A stretch of 64,000 nt of DNA from Octopus sinensis (lineage: Eukaryota), in NCBI RefSeq assembly GCF_006345805.1, contig NC_042998.1, positions 109,182,001-109,246,000 on the forward strand, given 5' to 3'. The position numbers were made by a program, and so were the translations under genes. Of the stretch, positions 41,378 to 53,830 are shown in pieces. How positions within the stretch are numbered: the first letter of the stretch is position 1; each line of letters begins with the position of its first letter. A model generated the notes under the pieces. It searched no databases and had not been told where the DNA came from. It worked only from the letters and a program-made list of their open reading frames with translations.

Positions 41378-41380
<3 letters not shown>
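40110..41380 (-). mobile_element. Cluster of about four reverse-oriented SINE copies
   Basis: Repeated accccag...ctggtacttattt...ggcaaagttgacct...ggaatttgaa module at ~40110, 40370, 40960 and 41200. Confidence 0.7.
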
Positions 41381-41441
<61 letters not shown>

Positions 41442-41993
41442 GCCCTGATGCAGTACCAGGCAGTGGCTCTCATGGCTTCTGATCTTAACTGATTGGAAGT
41501 GTTATCGTGTACATTGTTTTGTCTTGGTATAAAAGATGAGCTACAGCAAAACTTTGCTCAATACCACAGATTTGCTTGTCAGTTGTTTGACCTTAACCAG
41601 TTGAGCACGTTCCTTAGTGGCTGACGATATGTGCATCTCCAATTATGAACAGAGGTAGTGGGGTGCATCATAGCCATGTGTTGAAAGGAATTGTTTGGAG
41701 TTTTGATAATTCACTTTTGGAAACATGGGTGTTTTGTTCAGCATCCTTAAACAACTCTTATTCAGGGACCTTTCAAGTGGGATGGTATACTCAACCTGAA
41801 GAAAATTCTAACTGGGCCCCACCTGCAAGGTCATAAGCTGTTTATCTTGATATGAGATCACCATGTCATGCACATATGGTTGTGATGCATGTACCTGGTG
41901 TACCATTATCAGACAGGTAGTCATGATGAGTATACTGGGCATCTTATACTTTACCCAAGTGTCACTTTGATGGCATGCACTGCTCTCTTACTC
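41442..41993 (+). mobile_element. ~550-bp ORF-less repeat, copy C (full length)
   Basis: (AAT)n-gccctgatgcagtaccaggcagtggc...gcactgctctcttactc, then (TAT)n. Confidence 0.85.
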
Positions 41994-42015
41994 AAGTATT
42001 ATTATTATTATTATG

Positions 42016-42080
<65 letters not shown>

Positions 42081-42084
42081 CATT

Positions 42085-44086
42085 ATCATTTATCCAGCTT
42101 CTATCACTGGAGATGTGCTATGGTGCCAGCTGTTCACTACCAGTGAACTAAGGTCACTCCTTATTTTCCGAGCACCAGCCAGAGTATTCAAGCGGTTCCA
42201 AGCAGTGTTGTTTTCTGCAAGTGCTTCACCCTTATTCCAGCCCTTATATGTTCTATGTACTTTTCAAGATTTTTACTCACTGTTGCCAACAATTATTGGT
42301 ACTACTACCACCTTTTTCATCGACCACAATTGCTTAACCTCCCAAGTTAACATGTCATATTCATTGACATATTTATTGACATATTTATCGTCATATTTAT
42401 TGACATTTCTTTCATCACATACCTTGTTTTCAGCTGGGCATACTATATCTATGATGCAGCATCGTTTGCTTTCTTTCTCAATTAACACTATGTCTGGCTT
42501 CCTATTCCCTATCTCATGGTTGCACTGAATCATAAAATCTGATAGGATCTCTGCATTATCATTTTTGATGATGCCTCCGGGTTTCTGTTTGTACCACTTT
42601 GTGCTCTGTCAAGTCCATACTTGTTGCAAAGTGTACAACAGACAATCCTTGCTATATTGTCATGACATCTCTTATATTCTTCCTGGGCTAGAAGTGTACA
42701 TTGACTGGTAATATGTCATATGGTTTCACCATTTTGTCCACAAATTCTGCACTTATCACCTTCTGATGTGTTGTCTATTCTATATTTGATGTAATTCATT
42801 CTTAGTGCTTGCTCTTGGGCAGCACAGATTAGAGCCTCTGTTTTCGGTTTTAAATCAATTTTAGTCATCCATAACCATCTTTTTTCTCTGTCTATCTTAT
42901 CTTCAATATCCCTATGAAATTGTCCATGCATTATTTTCTTTATCCACCTATTTTCAGTTTCATTCATTCTCAAGTGCTTGTACAGTGCTTTATCTTTGCA
43001 ATCTTCCATCCTACACAAGCCTGACCTTTTTACTTCCAATAATAGTGGTTCTGTGGCATTTTTTACATACCATGCTATGTTCTTTTCTTCTGCTCTAATG
43101 CTGTGTTTGCATCCAATCAGTCCTCTTCCCTCTCTTTTTCTTGCTACATACTGTCTGTCTGTGTCACTTTTGGGGGTGAAGTATCCCATGTCTAGTTAGC
43201 AACTTCCTTGTCTTTCTGTCTAAGCTGTTTAGTTCGTCTATTATCCATGCGATTACCCCTGCCCCCTATCTAAGGAGTGAAACCACCCAGGTGTTGATAG
43301 CTTTAATCTTATTCCATTCATTTAATTTCGACATAAGGATCAGTCTCAGTTTGTGCAAGTAATCCACCTCAAATACTTCTGTCATTTTCTTTCTCCATCA
43401 ATTTATCCATTTCCAATATCCCCAAGTACTTATAGCCTATTTTTTCTCTCTACTTCATAACCTCCCCTGACAGTATCACTAGCCCATCATTACATTTGAT
43501 TTTGCATCTCTTGAAGACTAACACACAATACTTTTTCAGTCCAAGCTCCATTCTGATATCAGCACTGAAAGTATACATCATATCAACGAGGGAACTGACT
43601 TGGGATTCATCTTTACCATAAAGTTTGAGGTCATCCATGAATAACACGTGGTTGACTTTTTGTTGGCGGCTTTTGAATACATACTCAGCCTTTACTTTTC
43701 TCAGAATCAGTGTTAGTTGTATCATGCACAGTACAAAGATCAGTGGGGACAGGCAGTCCCCTTGTAAGATGCCTCTCCTGATTTCTATTATACCTAAACT
43801 TCTACCATATGCTGTCAGTTCCGCCTGCCACTTCACCATAGTTTTTCCAAGCAATCACTCAACATTCAATGCGTTCATACATTCCATAGATTCATACATT
43901 CCATAATCCAAGAATGTTGGATCATATCGTACACCTTATGATAATCAATCCATGACATAGCTAAGTTAGTTTTCCTCTTCTTGCAGTCTCTAAGTACAAT
44001 TTTGTCTACTAGGAGTTGATCTTTGGTACCTCTGCACTTACACTTGCAACCCTTCTGCTCATGTGGCAGGACTCCATTTTTTCCAG

Positions 44087-44087
<1 letters not shown>
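42085..44087 (-). mobile_element. 5'-truncated R4/Dong-like retrotransposon (RT, CCHC, RLE) inserted in (TAA)n
   Basis: RRGILQGDCLSPLIF and LFMDDLKLY (RT); DRQYVARKREGRGL; HGQF; CRICGQNGETI knuckle; RKPDIVLIEK..RCCIIDIVCP (RLE). (TTA)n on the + strand at both junctions. Confidence 0.92.
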
Positions 44088-44146
<59 letters not shown>

Positions 44147-44190
44147 GAGTGCGAGAGCAGTGCCTGCCATCACTGCTCTCTCACTAAATA

Positions 44191-44242
<52 letters not shown>

Positions 44243-44248
44243 TAATAA

Positions 44249-44787
44249 CAGTACTGGCTCTCATAGCTTCTGATCTTAACTGATTGGAAGTGTTATCATG
44301 TACATGTTTTGTCTTGGTATAAATGATGGGCTATAGCAAACACTTTGCTTAGTACCACAGATTTACTTGCCAGTTGTTTGACCTTAACCAGTTGAGCATG
44401 TCCCTTAGTGACTGACAACATGTGCATGTCTGATCATGAGCAGAAGCAGTGGGGGAACATCATAGCCATGTGCTGACAGGAACTGTTTGGTGTTTGAATA
44501 ATTCATCCCTGGAAACATGCATGTTTTATTCAACATCCTTAAACAATCTTTATTCAGGGACCTTTTGAGTGGGATGGTCTACTCAACCTGAAGAAAATTC
44601 TAACTAGGCACCACCTGAAAGGTCATGCATTGTTTATCTTGATGTGAGATTATCATGTTTTATACATATGGTTGTGATACATGTACCTGGTGTACCCATT
44701 ATCAGACAGATAGTGATGATGAGTATACTGGGCTCTGTATATTTGTACCCCAATGTCACTTTGATGGCATGCACTGCTCTCTCATTG
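44249..44787 (+). mobile_element. ~550-bp ORF-less repeat, copy D
   Basis: (AAT)n-cagtactggctctcatagcttctgatc...gcactgctctctcattg-(AAT)n; the first ~10-20 nt are missing or rearranged. Confidence 0.85.
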
Positions 44788-44804
44788 AATAATAATAACA
44801 ATAA

Positions 44805-45125
44805 TAATCCTTTCAACTAAATTTTTTGAGGGAGGTTCTAATCGATTACATCGACCCCAGTGTCTCACTGGTACTCAATTTATCGAACCTGAATGGCAAA
44901 ATCAACCTGTGTGGAATTTGAAATCAGAATGAAAAGATGGACGAAATTCTTAGGGGCAATCCATCCATCTTTATATTGTGAGTTCAAATTCTGCTGAGGT
45001 CAACTTTGCTTTTCATCTTTTTGGAGTCAATAAAAAAAGGTACCAATGAAACACTGGGCTCAATGTAATTGATTTGCCCTCTCCCTCATAATTACTGGCT
45101 CTTTGCCAAAATTTTAAGCAATAAT
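44805..45125. mobile_element. Head-to-head pair of SINE copies (reverse, then forward)
   Basis: 44805-44950 is the reverse complement of the SINE core; 44960-45125 is a forward core. Confidence 0.65.
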
Positions 45126-45129
45126 AATA

Positions 45130-45161
<32 letters not shown>

Positions 45162-45196
45162 AATGATGATGATGATGATGATAATAATGATGATAA

Positions 45197-45712
45197 TAAA
45201 ATATGGTATAGGCACATGCCAGAAAGGGTCACAGAAAATGAGAAGGCAACCATACTATGGGATATGCCAATACACACAGATAGAGAAATTAAGGCCAATA
45301 GTTGTCAGAGATCATAAAGAAAAAATGCTTTCTAATTGATACATCAATACTAACAGATGACAATGTTTCTCTAAAAGAAATGGAGAAACTTTCAAAATAC
45401 AAAGACCTGGAAATATAGTTAACTTGAATGGGGAGTCTAAAAACAAACAATTCCTATCATATTGGGCGTATTAGGTGTGATAGAAAATATTCAGACAAAT
45501 ACATAACAAAAACACCAAGACTAACAAGTATATATAACACACAGAAAATAGCACTACTAGGCACCACACACATCCATCATGAAACCTTTTCAATACACTA
45601 AAAATAAGAGCATCACCATGAACCACAGTTCATACCCAAGGCTCACAGAGCTACACTTGGTAGTGCAGCAAAAGCACATGATAAAAAATAAAACTAATGA
45701 ATAATAATAATA
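45197..45712 (+). mobile_element. Dong/R4-like RLE 3' fragment with (AAT)n tail
   Basis: KIWYRHMPERVTENEKATILWDMPIHTDREIKAN...LKEMEKLSKYKDLEI...KIALLGT; preceded by (AAT)/(GAT)n. Confidence 0.85.
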
Positions 45713-47345
45713 AAAATAATAATACAACAACAGTGTTGATGATGATCATGCGGATAATAGTAACATTCACAATTTCTAATGTAAAGACTAGTGATTTGTG
45801 GGATCAAACCTTGGACCTTATGATAGTGAAATAAACTTCTGAATCACTAGGTCAATACTTTCTTGGATTTTGCTGTAAGACCCATTCATACCTACACAAA
45901 TGCTTTACAAATTGGCATTACATATAAATGGGGATGGACATATTATCATCATCATCATTATATATACATCTTCCTGTGCTTTTATGGATTGGATGGGTTA
46001 TCAATTGTAAAAATATATAGAAATATATATGTCCCTTAGTCAAGAGGAAAGATGATGCTCATGATTTCTTACAGGGCCTCTGAAACTGGTGGGAGGGAAG
46101 AAAAGAGATAGCTTCAAACTATACATCTGATCCAAATACTTGAAACAGAGAAGATACTATTAAAGGCAATTAAAGATTGGTGGTGAGGTAAAGTTACATA
46201 TTAAATCAATCATCCAATTAGGCCATAGCGAAGTTTGAACTCAGAATGCAAAGCCTGAAACAAATACTGAATGCAAAAGCTGGAACAAATACACACCCAA
46301 CCTGATGCACTAGCAATTCTGCCAGACAATCTCCCTAAACTGATACTTTATTCATTGAGACTAAAAAGATGAAAGCAAGTTGATCTTAAATACCACAAAG
46401 AATTTTATCTGATATTCTAATGTCTGTCATTTTAATGTTTTCCTTCACCTCACCTTCAGGCATTTCTCTTCCTCTGTTTGCCTTTCTTTTACCATCTCTC
46501 ACCTGATTACTTTCTCCTCTTTCTTCATCTCAAGATATGCACACTCATGTTGTCTCCTGCTCCTGATCAGTTGCAACCAGTCATTCAAACAAAGATGTAA
46601 ATCTCTGCTGTTTTGCCTTTTTCACCTCTTATCTTAACACTGAAGAAGGAATCTCTCAGAAACATTGTATAATTACTTCCCATGGCAATTTCACAGTATG
46701 CTTTCTGTCATTCTACTAAATAGTGAGTTTTGGTGATGCAGATGATCACCAGTCTCTTTAGATTCTGTTTTAACTTGTATACAAATATTTAATACATATT
46801 TATGTATGTGATACATATTTAGCAATGTCATCTTTGTTTTGTACGATTTTCATCTGCTATTGTTATATCTCCATGCTTTTTAACACTATACACCCATAAG
46901 AGATGCTTTCATGAGACCAATACCACAGTCTAGTGGGTTTTCAGTTACATATCTGTTTCAAGTATTATATACAAACTGCTATTTTGAACTAATACTACTT
47001 TCATCACTAATAATATATAACATATCTATCAATCTATCTATTTATTTATCTATCAATACACACACATGCACACATACACACAAACACACACAGATATACA
47101 TCTGTAATATACATATGTAACTATTCAACCCATGCCAGTATGGAACATGGATGCTAAATGAGCACTCTCTACCACTGAATTTCCATTCACATCAATCTCT
47201 TGCTCTCTTTCTTATTCCTTCTCTCTCTACTTTTCCTGACTACCTCTAAGTCCCTCTATCTTATCCTAGTTTTTCTCTCTCAGTTTCTTCATCTCTATTC
47301 ACGTTTCTCTGTCTCTCCTCTCTCTGCTTTCCTTGACTACTTTTA

Positions 47346-47376
<31 letters not shown>

Positions 47377-48164
47377 AACCCTTTCTCTGCATATCTATCT
47401 CTATTTTTTCCTGCTCTCTCTCCCTCCCATCTCTGCAACATCGACCTCAGTTATACCAAAGATAGAATTGCCTTAAAAATACAAAGAAACTGACAGTTTG
47501 AAGAAATGAAAACAATGCTCTGTGCATGAAACCTAGCAGGAGGATCACCACCAAATGCTCCAATCGTGGAGACCTTGAAGAGTTTTGGTTTTCATCAAAT
47601 CATAGCTCAAATCAAAAGGAAAAAGAATAAATTCATTCATTTGTATGTATTGATTAAACTGCGCATTGAGTAATTAGACAATATGAGTGGTACTTGTCTT
47701 ACTTAACCCAAGGCCAGGAAGAACTGTCCCCAAGAAGACAAATAATTACATCAGAATCAATAAGGGCACAAGACCAAGTCACAAGTCACAATGCCTCCTC
47801 CTTGGAAATGTGGTTAGTGCACATACTGTTCCTAAGAAGAAACAATTTGTATACACATTGTGGACAGCAGATGCTGAGCAGCATTTTTGGAAACAGAGAG
47901 GATTGTAAAATAGCTGACCTGGTTTCATCAGACATAAGAAACACCATGTATACACGGTGTGGACAGCAGATGCTAAACAGCTTCTTTTTTTGGAAATGGT
48001 ACAGAGGATTATAAGGTAACTAACCTTGCTTCATCAGACATTGAGTCAGAGAAACACACCAGCACTCAAGACTACTGAAAACTGCAAAAGATCCAGTGCA
48101 GCCACCTCTGACATTTCTACAAATGTCAGACAACTGGCCACTATTGATACCCTATATGTCACAC

Positions 48165-49200
48165 TAGTATATCTGCTGAATGTCAGGGGTCTTGTAACAT
48201 CTCACTGATGCAAAACTCCGTACTTGAGAGACATAGGAATTTGTAATCAAGCAATAAGCATGGTGCCAACAGAAACACATCTAAATGTACACATTTCAGA
48301 TACTGAGATACACACACCAATTATGTTGTATTTCAAACTGTCAGTGAATGAACACATGGTAGAGTTGCAATGTACATCTGTGAAGATGTCATGCCTGTAG
48401 TCCTGTTGTCACATTCAAATTCAGTTCATGACACTCTGGCAGTACACATTTGTCTCACCCATGCTATCATGAAAGGTGAACGTTAAACGATGATGATGAT
48501 GATGCACTACATATCTCCCACCTGATTCTCCAGAAACAGGGGAACTGATTCGAAGAGTGCCTTAAAAAGATGGTGGACTTATTAACCAACTTTAATGACA
48601 GCTTTCACATACTTCTTCTAGGAGACTTCAGTCTCCATAATGTTAAATGGCCTGACTGTCACCTTCTCTTGGCTATGTCACTGCATGAAGAGACAAGCAG
48701 AATCTCTGTTTGACCTCACAAACATACTCACTCATCCATAATGCTAAGGTAACGCTGACTATTTTCTCAGACCATAACTTAATAAAACTAACAATGTATG
48801 GTCTGCAGAAAACTGCAGACATGCAGGCTACTAGAAGCTCCATACTCCTTTCTAGCCTGAATTTTCATAAAGCAGATTGGAAGGGTGTTAGAAAGAGGTC
48901 ATGAAACAAAACTGGTCTACAAATCTCTCTACACAAGATATTCTCAAAAAGCTACTGCACTTTATGACAATTATGCATGATGTATGCAGTAAGTTTGCTC
49001 CACAAGCAACAAGCATACCCACCACATGCTCACTCGTAGTCCTGGATATTATTGTAACATGAACTTTAAAATCTTTGGAATGAAAAGTAGACATAGAAAA
49101 ATTCAGCATTGACACTTAACCATACAGAATCACCTAGCAATACAAAATCACACTACGTATTGTTAAATCCAGTATTAGAAAAACACAAATAGAAATAAAC
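48165..49200 (+). mobile_element. CR1-like LINE endonuclease (APE) relic
   Basis: YLLNVRGL (~48170), TETHL, and ILLLGDFSLHNVKWP (~48610); many stops. Confidence 0.6.
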
Positions 49201-49659
49201 CAGAACTGAATAATACAATCTTAAAATTTACCTACAAATAAAAAAAAAACATACAGTTGTCAAATGTACAATGGAATACTTATAGAAGAACAACAAAATA
49301 GCCTAAGCTGGACAGGAAAATATGACTATAGAGATCATTAGCTCATGAATAAAAGAATATTAGAAGACTACAGGCAGAACCAGAATTACTTAATGCCAGC
49401 ATTATATTCAGGCATTACATAATTTCTTCTGCCTACAGTTTTGTAGTGTGTGCCACATTCATAGATCCTTGAGTCAATAGGGATGTATAAATTATCACCA
49501 AGAAGTTTTAGAATTCATGAAAAGTGCCATCCAAAAATGGAGACCAACTACAATACTAAATCACAAGAAAGATGTCCTACAATCTTCCACCTCCTCCTCC
49601 TCCTCCTCCTCCTACTCCTAATACTGCTGCTGCTGCTGCTGCTACTGCCGCCGCTGCTG

Positions 49660-49707
<48 letters not shown>

Positions 49708-49764
49708 TTACTTATTACTACAACTGACACTTGCAAACAAGTATTGCTCAGTAGTATATTCAAT

Positions 49765-50030
49765 GCTTTAGATAATAGTTTTAGATGTCTTTGGAGTGGT
49801 GAGCAGACATAACCTCACCCTCATCTTCCCCTGTTCTTGACCCAAGAGAACATCCATGATGTGACGGCAGGAGAAAGATAGTTCTGCATCAGAACTAGGC
49901 TGATACTCAGTTTTTAGCTGAGTAAATTGGAACAAACTGAAACAAATGCCTTACTCGAGGACACAACATGTCATCCAGTCACTGAATCAAACCCAGAGTG
50001 TTATGATTGTAAGTCTGGTACCCTAACCAT
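49765..50030 (-). mobile_element. tRNA-derived CORE-like SINE
   Basis: Reverse complement reads tggttagggt...gggtttgattc (A/B-box-like), then tgttgtgtcctcgagtaaggcatttgtttc (CORE-like). Confidence 0.5.
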
Positions 50031-50454
50031 ATAAAAATAGGAATATACCAAAGAGTGTCACTTTACCAACTTTTAAGTTTTTGAGGTGAGGTATAGTGAA
50101 GGTGGTAGTATATTGTATTGGACAGGTTTTATGTAGGCTTGTGTGGAGAAAGTAGGCTGTTGCTAAGTTCAGAGGAGTAGACACACATGCACAAAGAGAG
50201 AGAGAAAGAATCTGTAGGTGTAGTGTGTTAGTGAACATATTATTTTGAATGGTTCAAAGAAATATATCAAATATAAACAAATAACAAGGATGCAACAATC
50301 AGCTTCTCTTGATTGATAAACTCACTAAAAATAACTGCAGGAAATAATTGTCATAAGCATTTAGCTGCCAGGGAGGACATGTCTGGTCTAAGATAAAGTG
50401 TACACTGACTGTCTCAGCTTTCACTACTCTCACTGAATCACTTTAGTTTTCCTT

Positions 50455-50698
50455 TATATCTTTTGTAATTATATTTCTGTTGAAATACAAAACTTTTGTT
50501 TCAATTAATTTTGAAAATAATGAAACATTTGATAAAATAACTGTCATTATTAAACTGGTATTTGGAGCATAAATTAACATGAAATTTTGATGGAAGATTC
50601 TAATTTAGATCACTTTAAAGCAAGAAGTTTTAGTCATAGATCAAGGGGTGGTCTGAGACCACCCCTTGTCATTATCAAGTCATTATCAAAAGGGTTAA
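50455..50698. mobile_element. Partial MITE with piggyBac-like end (...aaaaggg-TTAA)
   Basis: Right end GGG-TTAA at 50692-50698; left end not recognisable. Confidence 0.35.
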
Positions 50699-51010
50699 TG
50701 TTTTATATTATACTTACAATTGTACTACAAGTGCCTTCTGTGTACTTGGATTTATCTTCTGTTTGATTACAACCAAATAAGAAGCATCTATGTGGTAATT
50801 CAACCAGCTACAATGAACAATAAATCTCCCTCAAATTAGACACTGTCATTGCTAAAATGTATGCCTATTTGAAAGTGTAGTCGACAATACACTATGCATG
50901 AAAAGAAGATGGGATAGTTATGACTGTAATACCTTTAATCATAGGTTTAATCATAGGCTGAAACAACAACAAATTCCATCGTCTTGCACATATATACATA
51001 TATATATTTG

Positions 51011-51251
51011 TTGAAATGTACTGTGTTATATATCCATTCTGGCCGATCTTACCAATCAGTTTCACACTAAGGGTTCAACAGAGTGTTTGGTGACAGTCCA
51101 ATTATGTAACCCTGCACTCTCCAGGGATGAACTGCCATCTCTGAAGAATGCAGGTTACATAATCAGGCTATTACCTAACACTCTGTTGAACCCCTAATGC
51201 AAAATTGATTGGTAAGATTGACCATAATGAATATAATACTGTACACTTCAA
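51011..51251. mobile_element. Fold-back MITE, ~115-bp inverted arms
   Basis: ttgaaatgtac...tcttaccaatca...gggttcaacagagtgtt...attatgtaacc is mirrored by ggttacataat...aacactctgttgaaccc...tgattggtaaga...gtacacttcaa; TA-rich flanks. Confidence 0.85.
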
Positions 51252-51319
51252 TTAATATACCCACTCTACTGGCAGATATATGAGTGCATTTTTCCCTGAC
51301 TCATGGATTCTTAGATAGC

Positions 51320-51355
<36 letters not shown>

Positions 51356-51627
51356 CACTTGTAAACCTGTACATATATTTAAAAATCGATATAGAAACAT
51401 ACAAGTAAATTTACACAACATGTAAACATATATATGCATATACACAAGCATCTACATGTGTAAATGTAAGTAGTTATATTATATCCATTGTGGCAATATA
51501 GCTTGTAGATTTAGCTATAACAATATAACAATATGTGATGAAGTTAATAGAAATGATGAAGACATTGATAACAATGACAATGGTGATAATGGTGATGACG
51601 GTGGTGGTGGTGGTGGTGGTGATGACA

Positions 51628-51667
<40 letters not shown>

Positions 51668-51720
51668 GGATGATGGTAGTGATGATGATGATGATGATGG
51701 TAGTGATGATGATAATGAGG

Positions 51721-51785
<65 letters not shown>

Positions 51786-51839
51786 CATTATCATCATCAA
51801 TGTAATAAAATGATATTATTATTATGTCCCTTACAATTC

Positions 51840-52752
51840 AGAGTATGTCTCATGTTCTGACAATGTCCCGTTATTCTTTGATTTCAAATTCTGCTAAGGC
51901 CAACTTTGCTTTTCACCTTTCAAGAAAATTTCATTATGATTATTATAGTTGTTACTTGGTTCTCTTATCTTTCTGTGTTCAAATGCATTAAGTTTGTCAT
52001 TTTACCAAGGCTGATAACATAAGCAGTAGTCAAATACTGGTGTCAACTGAATTGACTACACACTCTTCTCCCAAAATGTAAGGCCCATGTTTTAGTAAAA
52101 AAAAACACAAAAAAAACCCTATCAGTTGCCTTATTATTTATACTCTAGAGTAGTAATTGACAGAATCATTTGAAATATAGCTCTTTAAAATTTTACCTTT
52201 CATCCTTAATAGTTGTTAAAATAAAATACCAATCATGTACAGAGATTGATAGTATCAATTAATATACTTCCTTCAAAATTGCTGGCACCTGCCTAAATTA
52301 GAAATCATTAGAGCTGGCAGAAACGTTAGCATGCTGGGGGAAATGCTTAATAGTATTTCATCTGCCTTAACATTCTGTGTTCAAATTCTGCTAACGTCGA
52401 CTTTGCCTTTCATCCTGTCAGGGTCGATTAATTAAGTACCAGTTGCATACTGAGCTCGATCTAATTGACTGGCTCCCTTCCCACAAAATTTCGGGCTTTG
52501 TGCCTAGAGTAGAAAAGATTATTATTATTATTATTATTATTGGCAGAACTGTTAGCATACTGGATGAAATGCTTAACAGTATTTCATCTGATTTCACATT
52601 CTAAGTTCAAATTCTGCTGTGGTCGACTTTGCCTTTCATCCTTTCAGGGTTGATGTAAAAGGTACCAGTCAAGTACTGGGGTCAATATAATCGACTATCT
52701 CACCTCCCTCAAAATTTCAAGCATTGTGCCTATAGTAGAAAGGATTATTATT

Positions 52753-52838
<86 letters not shown>

Positions 52839-53209
52839 ATACAGCTATCAAGGCAGTGAACTGACAGAATCAGAAGCACAGTGGAAAAATAAATAGCAGC
52901 AGCATTTCTCTTGATCTGTTACAATCTTAGCTCAAATTCTGCCAAGATCAGCTTTGCCTTTCATCCTTTTAGAATCGATAAAATAAATACCTGTTGAGTA
53001 CTGGAGTTGTTGTAATCAACTGTTCTCCTACCCCTAAAATTACTGGCCTTTTGCCAAAATTTGAAATCAACAGTGTAAATGAGGATGGAACTACAGGTGA
53101 TGGACTTTCACCCAGCAGGTGCTCTGTAGGTGAGCAACACATCATTATATAGCTGGTCATCATTATATAGCTGCCAGAACAAAATGGACTAAGATGATGA
53201 ATACAAATA

Positions 53210-53278
<69 letters not shown>

Positions 53279-53500
53279 GTATACCTGCCAAGGCAGTGAA
53301 CCTACAGAATCATAAGAGTATCAAAAAAAGTGCTTTGTATTATTTCTTTTGGCTCTTAATGTTCAGAGTTCAATTTTCTGCAGGGATCATCTTTACCTTC
53401 CTACCTTGGGGTTTGATAAAATTAAGTACTAATTAAGTACTGGGGTAATACTCTCCTTTCAAAATTTCTGACCTTATGTTTTAATCAGAAACCATTATTA
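51840..53500 (+). mobile_element. Head-to-tail array of about seven SINE copies separated by (TTA)n
   Basis: Repeated ttcaaattctg...ctttgcctttcatcc...aagtaccag module; best preserved at 52305-52520 and 52540-52745. Confidence 0.8.
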
Positions 53501-53830
53501 TGAACCGCTGGAGTGTGTAGGTACAGCTTTGTTGTGTAATTTTTGCATTGTTGTGTAGGTACAGCGGCACTACTATGTTGTGTATGTACTGCAATGTTGT
53601 ATGACTATGGTATGTACTGCTATGTTGTTTAGATTTAGCTGTTTTGTGTTGGTACAGCTGTGGTAGATACTGTTATGTTGTGTAGGTACTGCTATGTTGT
53701 GTAGGTATAGTTATGATGTCTAGGCACTGCTATTTTATGCAGGTACAGCCTATACAATGCCACAGTCATGTAGATACAGCTGTTGTTTTTAAGTGCATAT
53801 ATTGTGTGTAGGTACAGTTGCAGAGAAAAA
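53500..53830. repeat. Degenerate ~19-bp minisatellite (tgttgtgtaggtactgcta)
   Basis: Many variants of gtgtaggtac(a/t)gc in tandem. Confidence 0.75.

Noticed and set aside
41620-41830. Hammerhead core in the 550-bp element (ctgacga, ctgaaga)
   Set aside because: No helix II followed by GAAA on either strand by eye.
52305-52400. tRNA gene suggested by A/B-box-like motifs
   Set aside because: No cloverleaf; it is a SINE head continuing into the SINE core.
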